A stretch of 64,000 nt of DNA from assembly GCF_009914755.1 (NCBI RefSeq), contig NC_060940.1; one strand, written 5' to 3'. Source of the stretch: the human T2T-CHM13v2.0 reference genome, Homo sapiens. Shown one piece after another: positions 1 through 15,545 of the stretch (the first letter of the stretch is position 1; every line of letters begins with the position of its first letter). The notes under the pieces are model-generated. The model ran no database searches, had not been told where the DNA came from, and saw only the letters and a program-made list of their open reading frames with translations. A program made the position numbers and the translations under genes.

Positions 1-243
<243 letters not shown>

Positions 244-1039
244 AGCCCTGGCCTGGGGGTCAGAAGGGGCTGATTTCAGCCTCAGCCCTGTCAGTTATCA
301 GCAGCTGCATCACCACTGTGACCCTCAGTTTCCTCATCTGTACAGTGAGCAAAACATAGTTCCTCCCCCGGCAGCTGTCCTGAGACACAGAAACCACGAC
401 CACAAATCACAGGGCTGCTTGGCGCTCAGACATATTAGGAAAAAAAGGAAGAAGATTTGGGTGATCTGAAAAGGTCAGTTTGAGGGTTGAGGGAGAGAGT
501 CCTGCATTTCCTCCCTGGCCTGGCCTCAGCTGGGCCCCACTTCCTGTCCCAAGCTGGCCAGTCAGCTGTGCCCTTGTTTAACCTCCTTCCTGCGGCCATC
601 TCTGCCGGGAGGCACCTCGGTACTTTGGTTTAATTGGCCTCTGCCTGCATTTTAAAGCAGAAAGCGGCCTCTCTCTGAGGACCCAGCGGGGGCAGTCCCT
701 CCCCGTGCTCTGTGCGCAGCCCCAGCTGCCTCTGCACTCCTCATCCAGCTGCCCCGATTTCACGGGGCTCAAATGTTCAAGGTCACTGGGTCGCCCAGAG
801 TGGCTGCTCCACTCCCTTCTCCTCGCCCACGCTGCTGGGACTGCCGGAGCCCCTCCCAGCCGGCCAGGAGCCTGGCTGATTCTTCTCCTAAACTCACCCT
901 GCCCCTAGCTTGCTGCATGAGCTCAACTCCAAGCCCCATTCCAGATCCCGATCTCCTGGTCTGCAGAAGAGTCCAGTGGCCACGAGCGACCTTCCGGAAT
1001 CGCTCCTCGCACGGTCTGAGACTCAGGAGGGAACATTCT

Positions 1040-1200
1040 TCATTCTCAGGGAAGGACTCCATTGGTCCTGTTCAGGTCCCGTGCCCATCCCTGCACCAAT
1101 CACAGTGGCCAGGGGAATGGGAAACTGTGATTGGTCGGGACTGGGTTACATGCTTCCCCTGTTACCAAGGGTCAAGGGCAAAGTACTGGGACTGGCACCA
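1040..1200. mobile_element. Old MaLR LTR fragment (MLT1K/J-like)
   Basis: Characteristic 'gtgcccatccctgcaccaatcacagtggccaggggaatgg...gattgg...ctgggttacatgc' segment. Confidence 0.6.
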
Positions 1201-1904
1201 TCCCCAGAAACTCAGGGGCAGAGGGAGGAGCAGCCCATTTCCAAGCCGGGATGCAGTTCCAGGGCAGGCAGTAGAGGCCCAGGTAACCCCAAACCGGATG
1301 CCACTCCCAGGGCAGTCCACGGTGGAGTGAGCAGCCAGGTGGGAAGGGCAGGGTGTCTCCTCCTAACTGCACCTGACCCCATCCTGTCTGATGTGCGTCC
1401 CAGGAGAGGGGGTGTGGCGACACCCCTGTGTGGTCCCCTTGCGAGCCAGCCAGGCCATCCCGGTGCCTCTGGCTTCCCCTCCCTGCCGCCAGCGCACACG
1501 TTGCAAACATCTGCCCCGGCCGGCTGCTGGGGGTCCCCTCCTGGAGTTCCCTGCTGCTGACAGGAACCAGTGCGCCTTTTATCACCCGCGGTGCACATCT
1601 GGGAACACTCTGGCCAGTGCGCTGGAGAGCTGACTCCCGGCCAAGCTCGCCGGGCAGGAGGGGTGGCCTGGGTCTGGGAAGCGCCTCCCAGTCCCGGGCG
1701 AAGCTGCCCCATGTGACCTCCAGCTTCTGGACGGTGTCCACAGAGGCCGTTGTGTAACCGCCGTGTCCAGGAGCGGGGCGGGCCTGGGCGGTGGGTGGGG
1801 TCCCACCAGCAAGCCTGGTCTGCCAAGGGGAGACGGGGGCCTCTGGGGTGGCTTAGGGACAGGGGGCTGGGGCTCCTCTGATTGAGGGCTGATGTGCATG
1901 CTCA

Positions 1905-2220
1905 TTCTTCCCCTTGCCCCTCCTGCCTTTCTCTTTTTCTTCTTTCTTTCTCTGCTTTTTCCTTCCTCTCCCGTCTCTCTGGCTTTCGGTTGGTCTCTCT
2001 CTCTCTCTGTCTTTCTTTCCTCCCTCCTTCCTTCTTTCATTTTCTTCCTTCTCCCTTTTCTCTCTCCCTCCCTTTTCCCCTCTTCTCTCCTTCCTCCCTC
2101 CCTCCCTACCTTTCTTTCTTTTTCTTTCTTTCTTTCCTCTCTCTCTCTCCATCCCTTCCTTCTCTTTTCTTTCCTGTTCTCTCCTTGCCTCTCCTTCCCA
2201 CAACATTTTCTCTTTCCTGC
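1905..2220. repeat. CT-rich polypyrimidine low-complexity tract
   Basis: About 300 nt almost entirely C/T on the + strand. Confidence 0.9.
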
Positions 2221-2379
2221 TTGAAGACCGCCTTCTGAAGATGTCCCTTTGAAAGGCAAGAGCCTGAACAAATGATGTGGTTTTGGAAAAGCCCAGTCTG
2301 TCCGCTTCTAAAGATGGGGTTGGTGGGGGGAGCTGTGCTCTTGCCCACCCCCCGCCCACGTCATGGGTTGCATCCTTTT

Positions 2380-2710
2380 AGTTGTTGTCGTTGTTTAGTC
2401 AAGGTCTCCCTCTTTCACCCAGGCCGGAGTGCAGTGATGTAATCTCAGTTCACTGCAGCCTCCCCTCCCGGGCTTAGGTGATCCTCCCACTTCAGCCTCC
2501 CCGGTAGCTGGGACCACAGGCATGCGCCACCAGGCCTGGCTAATTTTCTCTCTCTATCTCTCCTTCTTCTTCCTTTTTTTTTTTTTTTTTTGGTAGAGAC
2601 AGGATCTCACTATGTAGCCCAGGCTGGTCTTGAAATCCTGGGTTCAAGAGATCCTCCCCCTCTCAGCCTCCAAAAGTGCTGGGACTACAGGCATGAGCCA
2701 CCATGCCCAG
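2380..2710 (-). mobile_element. Alu (AluJ-like)
   Basis: Reverse Alu consensus with expanded CT/T linker. Confidence 0.9.
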
Positions 2711-4560
2711 TGTCCACAGCATTTCAACAGAGAGAGCCAAGCCTGCAGCCACCAGTGGCAGGCCCCTAGCTCCCCTGACGCTGATGGATTGCAGACACTT
2801 TTGAGACAGACACGGTGCAGAGAGGACTTCTCGGACCTCAGCAGAGCTGTGACCCAGGCTGGTGGTTTTGCTTGCTTGCCCAGCCCTCTGTCCATCCGTC
2901 TGTGGCTCCCTTCAATGCCACCTGCTGAAACCTCCGCCAACACCAGGCCACGTGACAGGGACTACAGGTGTGAGCCACCATGTCCCCAGGCCACTTGAAA
3001 GCATGTTTGTTTTGTTTAAAAGCGTCATCTCTTCTGCACGTGACTGGGTAACATGTCTCCAGGAGAGCCTGGGGAGGCCGGTAGACGAAGGGGCTCAGGG
3101 GGGCGTGGGCAGGGGTTCTGGTCCCTGGCCTCCTCAAACCCAGCATGGCAGAGAAGGCCTACGTCCCTTCACTCATCCATTTGTTTCTCAAATATTGGCC
3201 GAGTCCTGTTGGGGGTGAGGGTGCATGCCAGGCATCTGGATTATAACAGCATGCGAGACAGAATATCCTGCCTCCTCCATTTTAGTGAAATGCGAGGAAT
3301 AAAAACATAACCAAGTGGGTAAATACGGTAATTGTCATTAGGGTGGGTCTAGGAAGGGAGTCAGCCAGGTGCTGGAGCCCGTGAGTCTAAGGTCAGCCTG
3401 CTTCTGAGGGGGGCTCCTTTCACCTGGGCTGGGCAGGAGGAGAGGGCCCAGTCACATGGGGAGCAGTAGGAATTCTCCTGGCAGCAGGAGTGCATGTGCA
3501 AAGGCCCTGAGGCACAAGAGGTTTGCTGGGCTGTAGAGTATGGAAGGAAGCCCCAGGGGGCTTACAAGGAGGGACCAAGGGAAGGGGGGCAGGATCTGAT
3601 CCGGGCGTCCTGTGGGCCATGGTGACGACTTGGGGCTTTATTCTAAGATCAGTGGGGAGGTCACTAGTGGGCTTGAGCAGGGGAGCTCAGGGTCTGACTC
3701 ATGCTTTAGGAAGACCCCCTTGGCCAGGTGGTGGGACCGCGTGAGGGGAGGGAGAGTGAGCGGGGAGGAGGCGATTCTTCATTGTTTAAGTGGAGGTGCT
3801 GGTGACATCAATGAGATGGTGACCCCAGAGGTAGGGAATAAAGGATGAAACCTAGAGAAGTCAAAGGTCCCTATCCTCACAGGGGGCTGGCTAGCAAAGA
3901 GAACAATTATCCAAGTATTGACAAGACAGTGTAAGAAATATAAAATATATGGGCAGCTCTGGGGGCTGCACAAATCCTTAAAGACATCCCACCAGTCTTG
4001 GAATAATCAGGAGGGCAACCTGGAGGAGGAGGCATTTAAGCCGAAAATGAAAGGAAGAAAACAAGAAGAAAGAGGAGCGGGGAGGCAGAAAACAGTGTTT
4101 CAGGCAACGGGAGCTGCCTGTGCAAGAGGACAGAGGCAAGAGAAAACATACACATTTGAGGACGATAGAAGTTAAGTGCTCCCCGTTGCACAAGTGAGGA
4201 GGTGAGGGAGGGTGGGGTTGTGGTAGGCCTGAGCTCCAGGAGAGTGGTGGACTTTGTTCTGAGGACCTCAGGGGCCACTGGAGGGTTTAACTCTTAGTGT
4301 TAGTGTCATCGCCAGATTTGTGGTTTACAGAGATTCCTGCAGTTGCTGGTGGCGTGGGTGGTGGGGAGACGTGTCCAAAAGAGGGGTTCTAACTCAGCAG
4401 CTTCCTCCCCGAGCAGCCCTGCAGAGCCAGCCCATGTTCCAGATCCAGCACCAAGCACCTGAGCCTTGTGCCGGAGGGGGTGTGAAAGGAAAATAAAATA
4501 TGGGGACCTCAATCCACTCTGCCAAAAGGAAGAAATTAAGCTGAAAGCTGAGTCCTGTAA

Positions 4561-5585
<1,025 letters not shown>

Positions 5586-7307
5586 TTGTCTGGCTATCTT
5601 GATCACGCTGTGCACATCTTCCCTGTGGGAGCAGCTGGGGCACCGTCCTGGACCTGGGAGAACTGCAGTCACCATAGGGTTGAGGAGCTGTCAGAGTCAA
5701 TCACGATAAGCACTAAACACACTGGACCGCCCCAAAGCTGCTCTGGGGAGGAGTGTGGGCCTTCCAGGCAGATGCAGCGGCCAAGACAAAGACCTCAGTC
5801 AGGGCGGGAGTGTTTGGCGTAAGACTGGTCTGCCTGGAGAGAGGGCTACCACTGGTGGAGACGCTCGAGAAAGCCTGCCTGCCAAGCTTCAGTGTCTAGA
5901 CTTGATCCTTTGGGCAATGGGGAGCCATGGAATGTATGTAAGCAGAGGAGTGAGAAAGTGGGATTTTAGGAAGGCTGTCCCTCACAGCTCGAAACTCCCA
6001 TTGCCCTCCCAGGTCAGCCTTTCTGTTCCCCTGCCTGACCACTGCTGCTCAAGGCCGTGATGATCCCAGGGGGCCACCCAGTCCCTTTTGAAAGCCTGAA
6101 AGCTGCCGGCACCTCTTTCCTGTGCCCAGGTACCCCTAGGCTGCCGGAAGCGATGCATTGTAGCGCTGGCCTCCAGGATTTCCTGCAGTGGCCCATGGGC
6201 TGGACAGGTCTTTGTGAAAACCTCCCCAGAGGACCCCATGCAGCCTGGCCAGGGTCAGGCCTGGGAGTCAGTGAGAGGGTTGTTTGCTCAAAGCAAATGG
6301 GGCCTTGGGGAGAGGACCCTGCAGGAAGTGGATGCTGTTTGTGGGGGCTGCGGGGTCTCTGGAGCCTCCTTCAGCAGCTCCCAGCTCTGGGACCACCTAT
6401 GTGTCCTGGCCCCTGCTTCTCCAGCATCCTCTGCTCTGGCAGGCGCGGAGCGGGGCTCTGACCGGGTGGTGGCCGCCATCCCCTCACTCAGAGCTGGCTG
6501 TGGGCTCCCCTGCTCTTTGCAGCTGGCAGAAATGACATGGGGGACAGCCTCGGGCAAAACTGGGACATCATGACCTTTGTTGAGACAGTGTCCCCCTCCT
6601 TATTCCCCTCTCCCCCACAGTCCTGGGCAGGACCTTTCAAATGAGGCTGTGGAGGGGGTTGAGCTGCAAAAGGTCACCTCCTCTCCCTGCCCCACCCACT
6701 CCTGTGACGGCCAGGTCTTGTCACTCCCAGACTCAAACTGCCTTTTGGCTCAGGAGGGGATCCACACAGGCCCAAAAGGAGTTTTATTTATACAAATAGT
6801 GCCTACCCAGTGCCTAGCAGACACAGGGGTTCCGTGAAGAGTGTCGGGGTTGTAGGGGGGCAGTGGGGGAGGAAAGAAGGCGTCACTGCTGCCCAACCTG
6901 GCCAGGGATGAAGGGGCCTCCCCGTCCCCTAACCCACAACCTAGCGCCTCCCCTGCGTGGCTCTGTGGCCACAACACCCCGGGGCCCTGACCTGCCCCGC
7001 CAAAAGCTGCAGCCTCCAAACCCCGCCAAGGTCACGTCGTTTTCTGTCACCAAACTTCCGAGGCTGCTCTGTGTGGCTTTGTGTGGCCTGGCTGCAAACC
7101 AGACCCCGATCACGCCGATGAGAAGGCCTCGCTGGGGCAGGAACCTGGGCTGGGGCGGATTCCTGTCCCTGGGGAACTGGAATGAACGTTCTCTGAGCCC
7201 CCAAGCCTTTTTAGTCCCCCTGTCCGTGAGCTGGAGCACCTCACTCTGCCCAGCCCTGCCTGGCCGGCCTGGGAACCTTGACACGAGCTGTTCGTGGGGT
7301 TCTGGTT

Positions 7308-7484
7308 ACAGCAGGAGGCATACAGGGACCTTTAACCGCTGCACGCAGATTCGGGGGTCTCTGTCCACAGCAGGAGGGGTACAGGGACCTTTAACCGCTG
7401 CACGCAGATTCGGGGGTCTCTGTCCACAGCAGGAGGTGTACAGGGAGCTTTAACCGCTGCATGCAGATTGGGGTCTTTGTCCAC
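7308..7484. repeat. 59-bp tandem repeat, 3 copies
   Basis: Unit acagcaggaggggtacagggacctttaaccgctgcacgcagattcgggggtctctgtcc recurring at 59-nt period. Confidence 0.95.
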
Positions 7485-8717
7485 CTGTGAGATGCCTCTG
7501 AGTCCTGCTCTTCTTCTTCGGGCCACGGCAAAGCCACACAGAGCAGGTTGGAAGTCTGAATCTGTGACATGTCAGCTGTATGACCCTGAGCAGAGCTCTG
7601 TTGTCCCACCTGGAATGTGGCCATCCCCACCAGCGGGGAGTCCGCACAGCTGTGGGTCTCCTGTGCCCTCAGCTCTGCCTGAAGGAGGACAGGGCATCAT
7701 GGGCTGTGCATTCCATGCCAGGGGAAACATTTTATCAATCAATAACCTCCCTGGCCTGTGGATCAAGGGGGCACCTTGACGATCATTGGAGGGTCAAGGG
7801 AAAGAGCTGCTGTTAGCTGAGCACATACTGTGTGTGCCATCAGGTGTCTTATGTCCTTACCAGACCTGCCTTTGTATTGCCATGTTCCAGGTGCAACCCC
7901 CAGCCCAGGAGGAGACTTGACTCGCCTGAGGTCAGCTGGAGCCAGGAACACCTTTGTGCAACAGCTGCCGTGGCCCATCTGTGAGAGACACGTGGACCCC
8001 GTGCCTCGAAACAGGTCCTGGGAGTGGTGTAGGCACCATGATCCCCTCAGAAGATTCAGGGGAAAAAAAAAAGGCCAAGCAATAAATGAAGTGATTTCCA
8101 GCAAGGGAGTGCCGTGCGGGGCAGCTCTCGAAGAGGTGGCTTCTCACTCCTGCCGCGCTGAGCCCTGAGCAAGACGGAGCAGCTCTGCACCCAGAGGGGC
8201 TGAGCTTACGGGCAGAGAGAGCTGCCTGGGCAGAGGCCCTGCAGGAGGACACAGCGGGAGGGAAGATGGGCTGACTTTGAGGGCTTCCTGGGCCATGGGA
8301 AACAGCATCAAGCAGCCCCAGGAGGTTAGCCAAGAGTGGGCAGGTGTGCGACTCAGTAAAAGTCAGTTCCTCAGTTTACCCAGTTTACCCAGTAGGAAGG
8401 CCACAGGTCCACCATCTGAGCCCTGATGACGCCTGAGCCAGGTTTCCTGCCTCTGAGGAAATTCCAATTAGATGCAGGCGAGATGTGCTGGGCTGATAAG
8501 GCACTAACAATGGCCCAGGGCAGAAAGCGAGCAGGGCCAGAGGCAGGGCCCAGAGCCCAGAGGCTGCGAGACCGGAGAGGCTGGGGCGGCCAAGACCTCC
8601 TTCACGCCTGGGGTCTGGGTGTGGGTGGGGGCCGCCTTGCATCAACCTGGGGGTAGGGAAGGGAGGAGGTCAGGCACGGCCAGGACTCGTACAGCAGCGG
8701 GGTGTCCAGGGCGTTGT

Positions 8718-9185
8718 GTGAGTGTCCCATGGCTGCCCTGACAAATCACCACAAGCTTAGAGGCTGAAACCTCGCAGCTGCTTCTCTCCTGCTTCTGCAG
8801 GTCAGAAGTCAGACATGGCTCTCACTGGGCCAAAATCCGGATGTCGACAGGGCTGGTTCCTTCTAGAGGCTCTGGGAAGCCCTGGTCCTTGTGCTCCCAG
8901 CTTCCAGGCCACCCGAATTCCTTGGCTCCTGGCCCCTTCCTTTCTCCAAATCCATCATTGGAGCATCTTCCAGTTCCTCTCTCTCAGTGTGATGCCCCTG
9001 GCTCCCTCCTGTGAGGGCCCCGGGGTTCCTCAGGCCCACTGGCTAATCCAGGACACACACCCGCCCCCCACATCCAGGTCCTTCACTGAATCATGTCTGC
9101 AGAGTCCCTTGGCCACCCAAGTTAACACAGTTGCAGGTGCAGGGGTTAGGACGAGGGGCACCTTTGGGGATTGTTTGAGCCTGCA
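8718..9185 (-). mobile_element. MLT1 (MaLR) solo LTR
   Basis: Matches the MLT1 pattern: ggctgc..acaaatcaccacaa, cagaagtc, ggctggttccttct, ttccttggctc, taatccagga, ggttaggac. Confidence 0.8.
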
Positions 9186-9369
9186 GGGTTGACGGCAAGG
9201 TCAACATTTCTGGGCTGGAGATTCAGGACCCCGAGGTCAGGGTCGGGGACAGGACCGAGCTGCCATCTACAGGGGTTTGAGGGGACTGAGAAGCCACAGA
9301 AAATCTCATCGTAGGATGTGGCTGTTACACGCAGCCAACACCAACAGGCGAGGGGTTGTGGAGCCCTGC

Positions 9370-9590
9370 GAATCCCAGACTTTGGAGCAAGAAGCCCTGG
9401 CTTGGCCTCTCACCAGCTGTGCGCCCCGGGGCAGGTCACTCTGCCTCTCTGAGCTTCACTTTCTGCAAGTGAGGGGCAGGGAGCAGAAGAGGCCCTGGCT
9501 TTCCAGGGCTTGCGGGGACATCTGTGGGAGGATATTTGTAACCTGCATGACACAGTGCCCGGCACATGGTAGGTGCTCAACCTGTGATGG
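9370..9590 (+). mobile_element. MIR
   Basis: ggcaggtcact...ctctctgagcttcactttc core and cacagtgcccggcacatggtaggtgctcaa tail. Confidence 0.75.
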
Positions 9591-10429
9591 CAACGTCCCA
9601 TGGGCCATCCCAGCGGGGCCTGGGGAAGAAGGTGACATGACCCACCCAAGACCACTTTACAAGGCGAGAAAGTAAAGCTTGTCCCGAGAACAGCTACATG
9701 ACAGCTGAGGGATCAGAGACCTGGGCAAGCCACAGAGGGCGCTTAATGAATGCGTGTCGAATGAATGAACAAGTGACTGTGAGGTGGCATTAGATGGGGA
9801 CGGAGGAGCCGACGGGGTGCCCTGGGTCCTGTGCAGGGGAGGGGGCCACAGAGAGAGGAAGTGAGACTGCTGAGCACTGCCCAGGACGGATGGACAGAGC
9901 CACTGGGGCAGGGCCGGGGAGGGCAGAAGCTGGAGCGTAGCCGAGGCCCCCGCCCTCTTGCTGGCTAGATGTTTAACTCTGGTGAATGGCCCTGAGCGGG
10001 CACCACACCAGCCTGGAGTCTGCTCCCGGGAGGGGCGGACACAAAGCCTGCAGGCCAGGGGCCTCCTGACCAGAGCTGCCTGTCCAGGGCTCAGCCCAGA
10101 TGGGGATCAGCTCCTCTTCCAGGCGGGCTTAGGGGGCTTCACGTGTACTTCCTGTCTGAGAAGCGCTGGTGTGGACACCCATGGAAGAAGGTCAAGTCGG
10201 GTGACCTGATTGCTTGGGGCCGGGTGGATGGGGTGCCTTTTGAGCTGAGCTTGTAAGATAATTTGACTGCAGGGGTGGAAGGCTTCGGGGTGGGGGAGCG
10301 ACATCACAGTGATGGGGACGGCCAGTGGAGGCCGTGTGTTTTGGCTGGAGTGGATCCCAGATACTGTGCCCTGGTCCAGACCCTGGAGATGGACTGGCTC
10401 TGCCCTCAGTATTCACAGTCCTTACAATG

Positions 10430-10640
10430 ACCAGCAGGCCCTGTGCTAAACATGTTATGTCCATCAGTTCATTTACTATGCCAAGAATGGTGTGGGAGGC
10501 CCCAGTGCTTATTCCATTTCACAGATGGAGCAAGAGAGGCACGGCAAGGTCAGTGACTTGCCCAGGATCTCTCAATGTGTAAGTAGCTGAGTCAGAATTC
10601 AAACCCAGATGTCCTGGCTCCAGCATCCTTGCTCTTAGCC
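10430..10640 (-). mobile_element. MIR
   Basis: ccatttcacagatg...gtgacttgcccagg...gaattcaaacccag. Confidence 0.75.
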
Positions 10641-11879
10641 TGTCTTCGAACTGCCTCTCTGAGAGCACTAGGGAGCCACGGATAGTTTGAGAGCAGGAGA
10701 GTGACATGCATGAAACAGAGTTTTGCAGAACTGGATGTGGCAGAAGCATGCTCACGAGTACACCGGGGTAAACATTTTTCAGGGGTTGGGATGGGAATTG
10801 GGAATGGGGGAATGAGGAGGGGGAAGCCTCTAGGGTGATCCTTCCCCAATCCAGGCAGGAAGTAGCATGATGGCCTTGGGGAGGGGTCAGCCAGGCTGAG
10901 ATCCAGCCAAAAGTGAGGTCTCAGGAGAATTCCAAGAATGAGAACGAGGTGCGCCCATGGCCACTGAGGGCTAAGGACAAGAGGCCAATCAATGGCCGAA
11001 GCCCTGGGAGAGTCACTGCAGCTGCCAGGGGACAGCGGCCGGCCCAGGCAGCCATGAGCCGGTTTCCCTGGCCTAGTTTTGGCTGCATTTTCCTTACCTC
11101 CTTTTTCCCTCCAAGTCAGAGCCTCTGGGAAATCCCTGCCGGCCTGGCTGCCTTGAGGCCTTCTTCCTGGCTCGGCCGGAGGACCCCGGGGCAGGCTACA
11201 TCCTGCTCTGTGCTTGGAGCCCAGGGTCTCTTCCGGGACAGACCCACAGGGACAATCTCCCTTCCTGGCCTCGTCTCTGTGAAAATCCAGCCTGAGAGTA
11301 GGGCAGAGAGCCTTGCTCTGCACAGATCGTCGAGGGTGGGCCTCTCCGTTTGAGGCTCGGTGATGCTGCGTGGGGGGAGTCCGCGCTGGCTGACCACACA
11401 GCCTGCTCACCTGCCCCATGGGCTCGGGAGTCGCCAGTCTGGGCTGGTGGCTGACCTTGGACGGCTTCCTTAACCCCTCTCGGTTTCCTTCTCTGTAAAC
11501 ATGGGGAGATTAACGATGGGGTTGTTGTGAAGATTTCTTGAAGATAGTGGATGTCAAGGTCACAGTCGTGCTGCAGACATTCTCATTACCATGCATTCCT
11601 GGCAGGGCTTTGCTTAGGGGCCTGAGGACATCATAGTCTCGAAGCTAACTGTTCCTGATGAAAAGATATTCATTGCGTGTCTCCCACATGCAGGCAGTGT
11701 TGTAAGCACGGGGACAGAGACGTACGTGAGCAGATGGAACCCCCGAAGACCTGCAGCTGTCATCCTGGGACTGTGTGCCCGGCACTGTGCTAAATGCTCC
11801 CTGGGGCATCTCGTGTAACCTTTGCAGGAACCCTAAAAACGACGATCAGATTAGCCTCCTCCTCTTGAAAATGGAGACA

Positions 11880-13825
<1,946 letters not shown>

Positions 13826-14729
13826 CCAGGAAGCTGAGTTTCCCAGCCCTCCATGCCTGCTGTTCTCCGTGCTCCCCATGCTCAGCCCCAGCTCTCTGGG
13901 CCATGTAGCCTGGGATTCCCTTTATTTCGCTTGGTGCCTGAGTGCAGCACTTGGAGTCCCGCCAGTGCTGGGCACGAAGTAAGTTCACCGGGAAACCTGG
14001 CGGCTGCTGACCGAGCTCTGTTGTCTCCCTGGACGGGGGCAGAGCTGTGTCTGGGAGGAGTTCTGTTCAGAACCCAAGCCACAGCCCACATGGCTGGGAC
14101 TAGAAGCCAGGTCCCCACTGGACCTGCATCTGATCTGGCCCTGACTCTTCAGGCCGGCAGTGTAAACGCCTCCACTCCTGGAGTCCACACCGCTGGGCCG
14201 AGGCAGCCTGGCAGCCCCTCCGAGGCCAAGCAGGGGCCACGTCCTGGTTATCAACCTTCCTCCCACAGCCTGCAGCTACCCCAAGCCCCCAGGTTGGCCA
14301 CCAACTCTATCTACCTCACATATGAGGGAAACTGAGGCTCAGAGAGGTGAAGACCCTTGCCCTGGGTCTCGCAGCATGCGGGTGGCAGTCCTAGGATGCA
14401 CACACAGGTCTTGGGTCCAAGCGTGTCCACTGGTGGGCTTCCTCACCACGCAGAGCCTCGCCCTGAGCGAATTTGGGTCAAAACGCAAGACACTGATGCT
14501 GGGATGTGTGGCCCTGGGAGCAGAAAGCTGGGGGCTGAGAGCTGGGGGCTGAGAGCTGGGGACTGCTGGGCCCTGGGGACGGCTAAGCTCTGGGTCACGG
14601 CTGGCAGGATGGCCCCGGAGGCTGTTCCTGCTGCTCCCCAAGAAGCAGCCAAGATGGGGTTGCAAGGGCTGCACGTGTGCACAGGGCCTGTGAGGGCTGG
14701 GGGCTCTGTGGGGGATACTGGGATCAGTT

Positions 14730-15545
14730 TGTATGTGTCTGTGTGTGTGTGTATGTGTCTGTGTGTGTGTGTGTCTGTGTGTGTGTGTGTGTCTGTGTGT
14801 GTGTGTGTGTAGCTGCATGTGTGTGCCTCTGTCTGTGTCTGTGTGTGTCTCTCTTTGGGTGTCTCTGTGTCTCTCTGATTCTGTGTGTGTCTGTCTCTTT
14901 GCATGTCTGTTTCTGTATCTCTGTGTGCCTCTGACACACTCTGTCTCTGTCTTTGTGTCTCTGTATTTCTCAGTGTCTCTCTGTATCCCTGTCTGTCTTT
15001 CTGGGCCCCTGTGTGTCTCTCCATCTCTGTATCTCTGTCTCTGTATCTGTCTCACAGCATCCTGTGTGTGTGTCTCTCTGTCTCTGTATCTCTGTCTCTG
15101 TATCTGTCTCACAGCATCCTCTGTGTGTGTCTCTCTGTCTCTGTATCTCGTTCTGTCTCTCTGCTCCCCACTCTGTGTGTCTCTTTGTGTCTCTCTGTCT
15201 CTGTATCTCGTTCTGTCTCTCTGCTCCCCGTTCTGTGTCTCTCTGTCTCTGTATCTCTGTCTCTGTATCTGTCTCACAGCATCCTGTGTGTGTGTCTGTC
15301 TCTGTATCTCATTCTGTCTCTCTGCTCCCCACTCTGTGTGTGTCTCTCTGCGTGTCTCTCTGTCTCTGTATCTCGTTCTGTCTCTCTGCTCCCCGTTCTG
15401 TGTGTGTCTCTCTGTCTCTGTATCTCTGTCTCTGTATCTGTCTCATAGCATCCTGTGTGTGTCTCTCTGTCTCTGTATCTCGTTCTGTCTCTCTGCTCCC
15501 CGCTCTGTGTGTGTCTCTGCATCTCTATCTCCCTCCATCTCTGTG
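14730..15545. repeat. (TG)n/(TC)n microsatellite grading into a compound minisatellite
   Basis: TG runs followed by recurring ~50-60-nt units containing cacagcatcc or ctgctcccc. Confidence 0.9.

Noticed and set aside
1582-2359. Lys/Arg/Glu-rich and Phe/Ser/Leu-rich ORFs
   Set aside because: Translations of the CT-rich tract.
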